A stretch of 63,568 bases of DNA, the filler included, from Sphacelaria rigidula (lineage: Eukaryota), in NCBI GenBank assembly GCA_964200075.2. It is 7 parts of 7 records of this genome, joined end to end, with 100 filler letters (N's around TTAATTAATTAA, not from the genome) between each part and the next. Parts side by side here need not be neighbours in the genome. Positions count along the whole stretch, not along the records: positions 18,193 to 27,188 come from CAXNAA020009567.1; positions 27,289 to 36,284 come from CAXNAA020009568.1; positions 36,385 to 45,379 come from CAXNAA020009569.1; 4 more parts are not named here. One strand, written 5' to 3'. Of this stretch, positions 23,986-36,745 are shown piece by piece. Every line of letters begins with the position of its first letter. Positions within the stretch are counted from its first letter, which is position 1. The translations under genes and the position numbers were made by a program. The notes beneath the pieces are model-generated. The model did not search any database and was not told the origin of the DNA. It saw only the letters and a program-made list of their open reading frames with translations.

Positions 23986-26892
23986 AGAGATTCCGTTGGC
24001 GGTACGCGAGGCTTTCGCCTGGCTGTGGGATAGGGGGTCGTGTGGATTTGCCAGGCGTCTACGGTTGGTGTGAAGGATGCAACAACTGCGTGATGAATGG
24101 ACCGCGGGGGGGGGTTACAGCTCAATTTGGATCCAGGATAGTCTGCCCCGCCAGAAGTTGGGGTGACGGTTCCCACCCGCCTGTCACGACGAATAATACA
24201 CCCTTCTGTGGTCGTGGTGAAGTCGTTGTCTCCACATGTCGGCGCCGACGCGTTGTGATGTTGGGGGCGGCAGCGAACCGTGAGGGTGGCAACTGTCGGG
24301 GTTTGTGGATGTGTTGGGCTCCATGCCAGAGTATGGATCCGTGTGATGAATTCGGCGCACATCGCACAAGAGGTATGTCTGTTTGGCCCACTGAGTCGCG
24401 GAGTTGGGCCGTGGGTTGTGGGTACGAGGTGCCTCGCATTGCGTGGTTCAGTCGTCCTTTATGGCGCGGTGATCGGCGGGCTGATTGGTTGTTGTTCCCC
24501 TTCTCGGCATTCTTCGTATTTTGTAGCCTTCCTTCGTGTGTGTTCCTTGTTTTCGGTGTCTGTGATTGTAAGTATAGTATCTCGGTCTCTTGGGGGCTGG
24601 GGGTGTGTGCGTCATACCTGTGGTGGTGAGGTCTACACATATGCTTCGCCTGTGATCGTTTGGGTTTTCGTTTTGTTTCATTTATTTGTCATCGGACTCG
24701 GGCTTTGGTGCACGACGATACGCACCGACGCGACGGCGCAGAGACAGTTTGTTCGACGACGTTTTTTCGTTGCATCTGCTTTATCCTTGCAGGACCTGTG
24801 CGAATATTTCAGTAGCAATCGTTCCACGGTCCGACATTCTTCATTTGTGCACTTCTGGCATCCGAGTGCTCTCGTGCTGTGCTTTGCTGCGGCACGCACG
24901 CAGGGTCATGGTCTCTCCACCCCGCGGTTACCCCGCCGACGCTGCGAGTGGTCCTGGCGCATGTTCAGATGTTTTCTTTGATTGGCTTCTGTGACCTCTA
25001 AAATGACGGGGGTTCCAGTGGTTGGCGAGCGTCCATCTCGCCTTCGAAGCTCTCCACTCATGGACTGGCGACAACCGGATGCCTTGTGCCCTATGGGCGA
25101 CTCTTAGACATGGACGATCCTGATCATTTTCGGGTATGGATCGATGGGGCTTAGTGTGCCGGCTTGTTGTCGGCTGTGCATTATTCTGGTGTCGGTGCAA
25201 TTCGGCGTCATATTACCACAGCCGTGGGAGGCACCTCTCATGAAAAATGCCCCGCCCCTCCCGGACGGCTAAGGCAAGCAACAAATGAGTACGCCCCCCC
25301 GGCGAGGGGGTCCCTCGCCGTAATTGGGAGACTTGCTTTCATCCTACATCATAATTTCCCCGCTATGGTCAAGGTCTCTAATCCAACGAAAAATTCTGGT
25401 GATATCATCAGCCATCTTGCCCGCAGAAATAATTGCAGATTTGCACTGAATCAAACGCTCATAGCGAAAAGCAGATTCGAGAAAATTAGCGTCGCGGAGA
25501 CCACCCCGTTCTATTTCAGCAGTATCGGTAACATAAAGCAGGGGGGTTGATCATTCGCGGGAGCAGGTATTGTTGAGGATGGGTCGTGGGAACCTGCATA
25601 ACAATCGCAGTAATTATAAACTAGGTGCTCATGCACGCTCCGGTCGCGATATGGCGATATTTTTATCTTGAAAGTGAAAGCACCATCCGCTATTTCTAAA
25701 TTCCCCCTCTACTCGGAGGTTATGAACGTCGGGGTGGAGAATTCCTGTCCGGAAATCATCGGATGTCGAAATGTTTTGGATTTAGAAGAGGTATCTCAAA
25801 CTCGAGGTTCCTGGTATACTTCACAGCAATTTACAGTCAAATATGCCGGAAACCTCGAGTTTGAGATACTGGACCTCTGGAACATGGGTTAACACATTCG
25901 TGGTCGCTCTCTTCAAATAGTTAGCGCCACGCACGACGGTCGACGCATTATTTGTTTTGGTCTGAAGATCTCGGCGCCTGCGGGCGAGGGTAGAACAGTG
26001 TACTGCCCGCGACTCAATGCCAGCGGATCGTGTTGCATAGTGAGAATTCTTTGTACCAATGGCCCAAATGACATTGCGCCGATGACCATGACACGTGCTG
26101 GACTCAATGCCGGCGGATCGTGTTGCCCAGTGAGAATTCTCAGTAACAATAGCCCAAGTCTAGCTGCGCCGATGAGCGCGGCACGTGCTGTAAGCGTGTT
26201 CGCAGTGGTAGCCATGGTGCAAAACCACACACGCACGCTTCGTACCCTCAACATGTGCAAAACTGTAAGATCTAGTAGTACGCTGTAGACGGTACGTGGA
26301 GCTGCAGCACAAAACACTACAGACTGCTGCTGCTGTGCACAATTATCCAGCGTAATATAATAATAGCAGTTCTTCAGATCCCACACCACTACTGCACTGT
26401 CTGCAGGCGCCTGTGTGATGACTCTCACAATTATGTGCCTAATATGCACCCCCGGACCCTTCCGTCGTCGAGTAGGCGTTTTGGTTTGTGTCGAAGGAAT
26501 GATTCTGTGACCAGAAAGTGGATAGTCTTACTCAGTCTTCCAGCGGGGGGGTCGCGGTCAAAGGGTTAAGACGAATCAGAGTTTACACGAGTCGACTTCT
26601 GATTAAATGAAAAAATGAAACCTGTATAAATTGTTGGCCCCGCTGAGTCGAGCACATATGAAGCCCAGGCATCTTGCGCGCATTACAGCTGGGAGGAAAT
26701 TACGCGCGATTCAGGGCCCATCGGAAGTGAACGTTCGACCGGTACAAATTGTTGGTCCCGCATTAACCCGAAGATGGGAAAAATATACAGACGCTCACCT
26801 CGAACGACTCGGTGAGCAATGCTACGGTGGTAGAGGTTGCACTTCTTGTTTTTCGTTCTCTTTTTGTAGAAGCCCAAACATATGGGGCTCGC

Positions 26893-27188
26893 TGTGTGTG
26901 TTGTCGTCCCTGTTCTGGACGCCGGTCTACACCTTTCGGTATATGTGGTGGGCGCAACAGCCGGGGTCACACAGGAGGAAGGTCAGCACAGGAGATTTTT
27001 CTTTTTCATTTGTTTTTGGTACCCCACCTTTCCTCTGCGGTGCTTGCCTTTATTATTTATCGTGAGAGGGGTTTAGCAGGCCCGTTCCCTCGTGGACCGT
27101 GAAGTCGAATTTTTGTGTACCCACGACATAGTCGCTCTCCACTGTTAGGCATGGTGTGAGAAAAAATCCCAGATCGCTCCGAGAATTG
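26893..27188 (-). mobile_element. tRNA-derived SINE family A; head cut off by the contig end
   Basis: Colinear with 36385-36680 (CCGGGGTCACACAGGAGGAAGG, TTTTGTGTACCCACGACATAGTCGCTCTCCACTGTT), with a (TG)n tail at the left. Confidence 0.8.
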
Positions 27189-28508
27189 NNNNNNNNNNNN
27201 NNNNNNNNNNNNNNNNNNNNNNNNNNNNNNNNTTAATTAATTAANNNNNNNNNNNNNNNNNNNNNNNNNNNNNNNNNNNNNNNNNNNNCAACAGCGAGAG
27301 TTGCGGGATGACTGACGGTCAAGTAGGTGGTTGTAGTGGTGTTGTTGGTGCTGGGGTTAGTGGTGATGTCGGATTGACACGACGGCATCATTGGGTGGGC
27401 GTTAGTGTAATTCTGGTCCCCCCTTCGTAACGTAGAGGCCGGTGGTTGGTTGGTCTTTCATTGCAGGCGGCATGACGCGTGGCAGTTAGGCGACTAGGGC
27501 GCAGAGGGGGCAGGCAAAAGTGTTGAGGCGTGATCTGGACCTTTTTTGTTCGTCGTTGTCGCAGGCGTTTCCATGTTTCATTTATGTCGATGGTCATCCC
27601 CGCTCCTTGTCCAGGGCAGAAGAGCAGGTAAAGGAATAACTGCATCTCTTGATCCACTCCGATTGTTGGCCATGCCCGCCCCTTGTCCAGGGCAGAAGAG
27701 CAGGTGAAGAAATAATGACAGAAATAATCGAAAAAGAAGGCGTTGCTCTTGCGCCGCCGACAAAGAGCAGGACACCATCGCCCAAGTACTCTCTTTGCGT
27801 CACGTGCGAGTTGATAGTCGCAGTCGATCGTGTGGAAACCATCCTTCCGTGTGACGTCCACACATTATTGATGGTAGATGGCACGTACCGCACACAAGGC
27901 ACACAGATGCACACCCATGTTGGCTGCCACACACCATGCCGTGCGTCCACGGAAGCGGTACGGCAGCGATTAGACTGCTGTATTCTTGTAGGAAGACACG
28001 AAGGACGCGGGCAAGGACCCTTGTGGTCGGGCACGGGTTCCCCGGCGCCGTCGTCGGCGACAAGCCTACGGGTAGCCATGCCAACTTTCAAAACTAGTTG
28101 GCACCCGAGGACAAGCGAAACCGCGTTCCCTCACCGAACTGTTTCGGGCGATTTGTCGAAACTCCCCAAATAGGTTCAACCCCATTTTATTGTTGAACCC
28201 CAAAAAATAAAATCGGCTGTTAAATGCGGCCGTTCAGGAATGACGTGTCTGGCGAACGCACTACGCACGAAATAGTGGCTTCATGTTGCTGAAAATCCAC
28301 GTATTTTACGAGGAATATCGAAAGTTTCATCCAATCTATTTTCAGGTGCAGGTACAAACTGTATAGTAGTCAGCATCAGAAGTATTCGGAGTCCGTACTT
28401 GCTATATTTTTTTAGTTTTTCTCGAGTACTATTCTTCATTAGTACTTGAAAATGCTAGCGCCGGTATAATAACTGCCCAAGTTGGTGTTTTTGGGACGAT
28501 ACGGACTA

Positions 28509-28880
28509 TGTCATGAGGCTAGGAGGCGCTTATGTTCAAATCCGGGATTTTTTAGTCGCGGGTCTGATCAAGCTTGACTAGGTCAGATGTGAGTTCGATT
28601 AAAGGGAATAGGCAACGTTTCTAGCTGCTCTCCCGGTTCACTTGCGACGTGGGGCTGAGCAAGGCAGCTAAAGTTCGGTGAGCGACGTTAAGAGGCATTG
28701 AACAGAGCGATAACGAATACGAGTGAACCAGAGTCTTCGAGATCAAGTAGATATAGCTGACCGTGTGAAGCTATTGGGGTGTGAGCTATTTCGGACACGA
28801 CTCATACTCTGTGTCCTTGCTACGACTGTCGGACTGACCCTCCGTGCACGCTAAGGTGCACGTTTCACAACCTCTTCACA
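28509..28880. mobile_element. Solo LTR (372 bp, TG...CA) with a 4-bp TSD ACTA, probably Ty3/gypsy
   Basis: GATACGG-ACTA|TGTCA...TCACA|ACTA-AATACCTCGTTTAT. Removing the insert restores a sequence matching the uninterrupted paralogous site GATACGGAGTAAAGACCCCGTTTAT at about 29196-29220. Confidence 0.72.
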
Positions 28881-31800
28881 ACTAAATACCTCGTTTATCA
28901 GGAGGGTTATTAAATGTTTTCGGTCCTAATTGAAACGGTTTTCCGGCCCTTTCGCAACGAAACGGTAAACTTTCAGATAAATAAAAATGTGTAGAATTCT
29001 TAAAAAAACGATCGAGGTCGTCTTTTCCCCCTATACTGCACAGACAGTCCAGCATTTTCCTTGGATGGCTTCTAGTCGGGTTTTCCCCGCACACTATTAT
29101 TCTTCATGGGCACTCGAAAGTGCTAGTGTTGATAGTTTCAGCAAAATAAGCATATCGTGCTCAAATCACAATGTCCAAGTTGGTGTTGTGGGGGCGATAC
29201 GGAGTAAAGACCCCGTTTATTAGGAGGGTGTTATTGACCGTGAATGGTCCAAGCAACATAGTTTCCCGGCTCTAGCGCGGTGAACAGGTGAAATTAAAGA
29301 AATAATCCCCGTTATGCATTCAAATACATGATCGGGATCGATTCGGTCCACCGAAAATACCGAAAAGCTCGAACCTGGGGTTGCACTTGCGCAGGACCCC
29401 CGAAGATCGGTCAGGCCCGTAAGTCACTCAAGATTGATCGCAGATTTTTTTCTTTCGATACGTGTCAAGAGCATAAAAATATCTCCAGATCCCTATTTTT
29501 TTGGCATCCAACATTCACTGTGATGAGTGGTGGGCAGCGGAAGAATTTTGGAAGATCTCCACGTAAGTAAGAAATTACGGATTCCGAAGACTTCTGATGC
29601 TGACTACTATAATTCGGGTGTTGTGCGCATCAGGTGTATCAAGCAGTATGAGCTGCCATGGAGAGCTTTCAACAGGACGTGGCCACCGCCACTCGCCACT
29701 TGTGGCTTTGGACGATATTATTGTCCCCATCGCCTTTCTACACAGCCCTTTGTGGCCGTCGTGGGCCGCGAATTCCCTCTTTGTTGCAAGCGGCAAATTC
29801 TCTTCGAAGGGCCTGGGCGTTGCGCCGCACATACAGTACAGTTCGCCTCTGCGACTGCAGCAGCAGCTGCCGCTGCATCCTTCCTCACACGTTCTGGGCA
29901 GTCCTCCGCGACCGAGATCAGCTACCTATACCCAGCTTGTTCGTTCCCGCCGATTACATACGACCTCACCGTGCATACTGTACGGCCTCAACAGAGAGAT
30001 ACGCAGATCTCATACCTCTAGCTCCGTCTCTCGTTCCACTGCGTTGCCCGATTCAGTCGCCTTGTGAACATGACCACATACGTAGTAGGGTACATATATT
30101 CCCGAATTCCCCCCGAGCACCCTGAGTCTGTGTAATACCTACGTTTTACTATAAGATGGTGACCCAATTTTTTGGGGGGGATTGGGGTCGGACCTATTTT
30201 AAATTCAAGTGAATGATGAAAAATCGGGAAAGCGAGCCCCGAACATCGCGGCTTTTTTTATGCCTCTAAGGCTTTTTCGTGGGCCAGGGAGAGGGTACAC
30301 ACACCAGCTTGGCAGCGATATCACTCCCGGCGACAGTCCCCCCCCCCCCTGGTCGTTCGGATGCGGTCGATGAATTCGCCTCGCCGTGATTAGGTGGTTC
30401 GCTCCCAGACGTGTTTATTATTATATTAATACATGGTGAACCCCTTGTTTCTGAGCTTCAGTTCCAAAAGGGTTTATAGGAACATTTACTCATCATTTTT
30501 TGAGGTTTCACTGTTCAGTGAAATGCCGTTAAATTGTACATGGATTGTATAGCTTACGTAATCGGAGTCAGGCGTCCTTCCTCCGATCCGGAATCCGGTC
30601 GGTACCCATCTTTGTTTCCAAGCCGCAAATTGCAGATTCCGCAACAGTCTGAAGTTGTCACCACGTGATGCCGTGCGGGCGTGTGTGTCGGCAAGATGTT
30701 CACACATGTTCGTTCAATCTTTGTGAGCTCCGGCACATAAGCGCCCTGTATGCATCGTTGGATCTTCCGGGTCCTCCGCCCAACTATAGCAGGGGGCTAC
30801 ACTCTCTTGGTCATCGGGTTTCGGCCGTTTTTGGTGGGAGGGTAATTCCAATTTTCGAATTGGTTGTTGTCTCAGGCATTTCAGATTGGGCATTGGATTT
30901 ATGTGACAGAAAACTGTCTGTTTTTTTCAGAATGCTTGAAAAAAATAAGCGGAGCGTTTCGAGAACGTTTTGAAAAACTGCCCAAAACGTTACCGCATTA
31001 TATGGAGTACAGTGTACTACACTGAACACAACACAATTTTGCAGTGTACACAATTCTGCAGTGTTTTCCAGAAGCTGAACACGGATGCATACAGTATGCA
31101 TCAGCTGCTTTCTCTTGTTGCAGTAGCCATGCGTGGGAGACACACTCCACGCGCACAGCTCCCACACAGAGATGCGCACAGCTGTATCTCCCAGAACTTC
31201 GCCGAGTAAGCAAGTTTGGACCCATCGGCGGGTAGTACGTACCCAGCGCACCCAGCACGGTGGTTACCACTCGCAAGGTGCGTGGGTGTTGTCGCACGGT
31301 CGAAACGCGGACCGTGTACGATCAAGAGCTGCAGCAGCAGCATCGGCACCAGTTGATTCAGACCCATCCCCAGCCGCGTATATTTACTGGCAATAAATAT
31401 GCTGCTGCTACTGCTGCTGCTGCAGCTACTGTTGCTGCTGCTTCTCGTGCGGGAGGCGGTCCGTATTTCGTCGTGCGACATTACCCATTCACCTGGCATG
31501 TTGCTGATACTGCTGCATACTTACGAAAACAGTCAGGTGATCGGAATTTCCCTCTGTTTTTTTATCGCTCGACCGTTTTCCTCAGAGGAACGCGAAACCC
31601 AAATAGTTCATTCGCAGCTACCTACTCGACCTTGCGGCACACATCACGAACTCAGCGCAGGGGTACATACACTGCAGTGATAGAAACCGACACCCCCACT
31701 GTTTTGGCATGATGTGTTCCTTTTTGTTTGCGAGAACTTAGGCATCTAATTTTGTGGCAGGGTCCACCGACGGAGTTACGTGTTGGGGTGGCCGATGGCA

Positions 31801-32098
31801 TTGCCAACGCGCTCATGGACAGTAGAGGCGGTGCAAAACTGCACATGGCTCAAATCTGCTTCGCATCCTCCTGTATCCAGGAGGTCAGAAAGCTGTGCTG
31901 TCTGTCGAATCTGCTGTGTGTCGCGTTGCCCGCTTCTTGTCCACGTCGCGGCTGCATGCTGTGCGAAACACACATCACCTGGACAGTACAGGCCGCCACT
32001 GTTGTACAGCAGCCTGTACTGTACTGCCTAAATTTTCGTCAAGAACGAAACTGTTGTAATGCGTGAGAGGACCGCGTCGGAAGTTGAACATCCCTATG

Positions 32099-32142
32099 GT
32101 TGGGGTTAGGGTTAGGGTTAGTGTTTGGGTTGGGGTCAGGGG
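32099..32142 (+). repeat. Short interstitial telomere-like (TTAGGG) tract
   Basis: GTTGGGGTTAGGGTTAGGGTTAGTGTTTGGGTTGGGGTCAGGGG. Confidence 0.55.
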
Positions 32143-33399
32143 CGTAGTACCTGCAGGGACTGGCCCGATCGGTTTTGCAAAACGTCGATACTGAGGTGTT
32201 TCGAGCTACGGTGCGGTCCTCTCACGCATTACACTGTGACCTACAAGAAACGCAAAGGTGTTCTCGAACGGTCTCAGGTGTCAACATCCGCTGAGCCCTC
32301 TTTTCGGGGCAAAAACGACGGACAACGGTAAAAAAGGCACTTTTCAACAAGTTATATGTTTCGAAACATAACAAATAGCCTAACAAAGAAAAAGGAAAAG
32401 AGAAAGTTGGAAGCGCGATTGCGAAGCAGAGCGATATTTTTAACCGAAAATGGCTATGGATGTGACTGCTCGGCGTATCTTATGCTGAGCCGGCTGTACG
32501 GTCACCACTTCACCAAAAGGGTCAGCAGGTGAACAAAAAAGGGTAAGAGATAATTTGTGAGCAGAAGGCAGGGTATACCCCCTCCTGGTTTGTTTCACAA
32601 AAAAGGGAACTCTCGCAGGCTCTCATTTTCGGCGCCATAGTTCAGCTAACTAACACTTGTCGAAAAGAAAAAAAAAGGTCGGGCATGCTGCCCGGACACC
32701 TTGGGCGCGGGGCTGAGGCGCTGCAATGTGTTTTCGAGGTGTTCAGCCCGCGTGCAGCGCCGCGCCCCGAAGCGAAAAATGCGTTACCCTTTTTTGTTCT
32801 AAAAGCACCAGGGTGTACCCTTTTATGTATATTGCCCTTCATTTCTCCTCAATTTTTTTTTAAAACCCGAAAAAACATGAAAAAATCGAACAACTGCTTT
32901 TTGTTGTTGTTGTTGTATATGCACCGGCGGTTCTTCATACAAAATTCCATAGCACATTCCTCGAATACTTAGACGTGATATTCAGATTCAGGCATCTATT
33001 GCCTCTGCTTGTAATATATTGATTGAGGTATCAAACCTTGTGTGCGCCATATCTCGAGATAGATTACGAAGTAGGTGAAGGTGAGGGTACCTATCGTCTC
33101 CCCGTGCTCCAAGGAATGTCCACACCAAGAATCGTCGTCATCCGCTGAATTTATCGTATGGGGTTCCATATAGATTTCAGTATGGGCGCTATCTCCGTAC
33201 GGTATAAGAATCACTAGACATGGTGTTTGTTCAACGAGAAAACTTTGGCCCAGGCGTTTGAGCAGATGAGCACCTTTCCCTTGATTAGACGGATTATACG
33301 ATTTGCGGATCACGGCCCAATTCGTCTGTGTCGATGAGATATTGCCTTGAGAGCTTTAATCCGTTTCTAGGCTAGCCCAGTTCGTACGGACAAAGTGAT

Positions 33400-36185
33400 G
33401 GGATCGCACAAAATTAATCGTGTAAGCAATGAAACTTCGTGAGACGACAGGTTAGCGAGTTGTACGGCCACGGATCCATCTATAGCGGATCAAGTCGCCA
33501 ATGTGCGGGCGAAAATGAGTGATTCAAACACCTACGGGCTGTCGGGCTGTGGCATTTTTTCGCTAGAGACAAGGCGAGAATCGACGATCACTGTACAGTC
33601 AGCCGCTGGCAGATATTCGGTAAATGCCTCAACGACTGCCTCATACTTTTGTTTGAGCGTGACCCGCTCCAACAGTATTACCGGGATTTCTTCAGCATCT
33701 CTATGTATGGCTGTTACTGAAAAAGCTTCTGAATGTTGATCAGTAGGAGTCTGCGACGAGGTGGTGTTATCATTATTTTTATGAATGGCTGGGATTCAAG
33801 AGCCATTATGAGGGAAGGGCAGTGTTCGATTTGTTCAATCAAGGATGGCACCAAACTTAAACATACCGTAATTATCGAGTAGCAACAAGTCGGAACCGAG
33901 TGAAGGGACGGCTGGTGCTTAGATGGAGCGGGTTGTTTTACCCAGCTTGAGTTTGAAACGGGCGAACCCCAGGATTTGTATGGGCGAACCGTTGGTTTCG
34001 CGTAAAATTTACGACAATAGGAGGGACAGGATGCAGTGGAATTAATCGAAGCACGGGATTATTTCTGAAAAAGTGCAACCGATAACACTGTGACGTTGGT
34101 AGGAGTGTCTAACGTTATGTCAGGCGTAACTTGACCATTTATTGAACCTGTGACTCGCACACGCTGGGAGAAAAAAGATGATGAATATGAGGTGCCTACG
34201 GGAGCCAACGAAGAGGCATACCATACTCGACCGGATTCATCATGTGTGGCAGTACTCAAACCGTGGAAAACGGCAGACGTTTCGGGTATAGTCGTCGTGG
34301 ATTCACAGCGTGCATGTTTAGAAAGCTTTTGAGATACCGAGGAAGTGGTTGATGCCAGAGTCTTCCTGGTAGGCTTGTTCGAAGCAGATGGAGATTCAAT
34401 CGTTCAAATTGTTTCACAGTCGGAATCACGTCCGTCGATGAGCAAGTAAGTGGGGACATCACTATCTACGGTGTACGGCGAAGTACATTAAGGTACACCG
34501 TGGGACACAGGACTGTGTAGTACTGACGTGCTGAGATTTTTTTTTTCTATTCACGCCCATGCTAGACTTTCGACAGTTAGCATTTGATTTTATTCCTGCA
34601 AGCGCGGACGCTCAACTCGTGGGGCACCTGCATTCCTCGTCCTCATCCATGGCGTTAGCGGCGTTGAGGACCACAGTACGCTTGGTGGTGCTGTGTTTGC
34701 GTCCATCAGTTCGCGCGGCTGAACTTGATGAACCACCGCTCCCGCCGTCGTCGCCCGCTAGGCGTTGAAGTTTGGTGAAACACCGGTCCTCGGAATGGCC
34801 AAGTTTCCTTCGACATCGTGTGTAATTGCACCACGGGCGTCCAGCTGCTGCCGCCTCCTCTGCCATAGTTGGGTCCCGAGGACTCGGGGGGGGAAAGGGG
34901 GGGCGATGGGGGTGGTTTGTTTTTCAGTTTCTGTTTGACATTGGGTTTCGATGCCCCGCGTGATCTTCTTGTGGGGGGGACCTGAGACTAGAAAATCGCG
35001 CTGCGGTTCGGGATATGTTGAAATGCCAATGCGCTGACTGTGACACCAGCGAGGAATGGTGCCTCGTGGCGGCGTGCTCGATCAACAGTTTTCTGTAGGG
35101 ATGACTGGTTTCTCCGCTTCTTGGAGGCATCGAATGGCTGGTTTCAGGCCACGTTGCCAGAGCGTGGCAGGAAATGCTGACCCGGGTCTTCGTTCCGAAG
35201 TGCCGCGAGATCTAGCGACAGAAGACTCAAAGCGGGTGATGAGCTTTCTGGACCTAAGTGCATAAGCACTTACTGGTTCAGACGACTGTTACTTGAATGT
35301 GGCGAGACTGAGTGCACATTTTTCAACTGAATTTGCTGACATGAGCAAGTCTAGCATTGCGTGACTGAGTTCTGCTCACGTTGCGAGGGGAGTAAATGAA
35401 CCCTTCGCACGAGTGTCGTCAGATGAGACATTTCCAGCTGTCCAATCCATCTGACCAGACATGAGTTGATCAAGCACTGTGTGGCATTGGCCGTTATAAG
35501 TGAGTGAAAAATATGTGAATGCCAGTTTATCGGCGAACTCTGACTCGTCAGGGTGCACTGATTTTACCTCGAGCGCGATAGTAAGGCGGTACTGTTCGAG
35601 GATTCTTGGTACATCTGCATCGCTGGAACCATCTAGCCTAGGGATCTGGCGGACATCTGCCGCCGTAATATGACAATCCTTTGGTTTGTTCATGAGTGCA
35701 TCGGAGAATGTACGTGAGATTTGTTTGACCGAAGGAACAGAGACTGGGACACTTTGATTGGCGGTGCCCGCCGATGTGGACTCAGGACGATCTAGTTTTA
35801 TCAGGTACTGCCACATGTCTCTTGTATCCGGCGGAAGCTCCGCGATTTCGCCGCTCGCACGACGTGCCATTTCTTCTTCCACGATCTGCCACAGTTGATC
35901 TGCAGATCGTTTGTGGGCTGCAGCTCGGTCTGGAGTCCGGTGGCGTGGAGCGGGGGAGATCGCCGGTGGTCTGCGTTGTCGTGCGGCTGGCGTGCTGACT
36001 AGGCCCACCGCGATAATTTACAGTGTCGGTGACAGAGAGCGCCGGCTGTGGCGACGGTGGGGATCTTGATCGTCAGGGTCATCTTCTTCCTCCTCGTCTT
36101 GCTGGAGGAGGTCGGCGTTGATGACGGTACAACATCATGCTGTTCGTCGGCCATGATAGAAGCTTGTTGTTGCTGTTGCTGTTGC

Positions 36186-36284
<99 letters not shown>
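33400..36284 (-). mobile_element. Decayed Ty3/gypsy-like LTR retrotransposon: gag, zinc knuckle and aspartic protease; RT not visible
   Basis: Gag-like ORF 36008-35376. Knuckle WCNYTRCRRKLGHSEDRCF in ORF 34866-34612. Retropepsin VRVTGSINGQVTPDITLDTPTNVTVLS...NGSPIQILGFARFKLKLG...LGSDLLLLDNYGMFKFGAILD at about 34170-33830. Many stops and frameshifts. Confidence 0.7.
36165..36284. repeat. (GTT/CAA)n trinucleotide microsatellite running into the contig end
   Basis: About 40 near-perfect TGT/GTT units. Confidence 0.95.
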
Positions 36285-36384
36285 NNNNNNNNNNNNNNNN
36301 NNNNNNNNNNNNNNNNNNNNNNNNNNNNTTAATTAATTAANNNNNNNNNNNNNNNNNNNNNNNNNNNNNNNNNNNNNNNNNNNN

Positions 36385-36745
36385 GTGTGTGTGTGTGTGT
36401 GCTGACGTCTCATCTATTCTGGGCGCCTGTCTACACCTTTCGGTATATGTGGGCGCACCAGCCGGGGTCACACAGGAGGAAGGTTAACACAGGAGTTTTT
36501 TCTTTTTTCTTTTTTTTTAGTACCCCACCTTCCTCCTGCGGTGCTCGCCTTTCTTTTTTATCGCGAGAGGAGTTCAGCAGTCCCTTTCCCTCGTCGACCG
36601 TTGGTTCGAATTTTGTGTACCCACGACATAGTCGCTCTCCACTGTTGTGCATGGTGTGAAAAAATCCGAGATCGCTCCAGGAAATGAGCCCACTACCCAA
36701 CCGTCAGGAGGTTTCGAGGTTACCAACTGAGCCACCGGGGCGACC
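36385..36745 (-). mobile_element. Near full-length tRNA-derived SINE family A with a (CA)n tail
   Basis: The minus strand begins GGTCGCCCCGGTGGCTCAGTTGGTAACCTCGAAACC (A box TGGCTCAGTTGG, degenerate B box GGGCTCATTTCC) and ends in (CA)n. Further copies at 26893-27188, 48507-48602 and 8945-8996. Confidence 0.82.

Noticed and set aside
36048..36340. Poly-Cys and poly-Leu ORFs
   Set aside because: Translations of the (GTT)n microsatellite, one running into the N linker.
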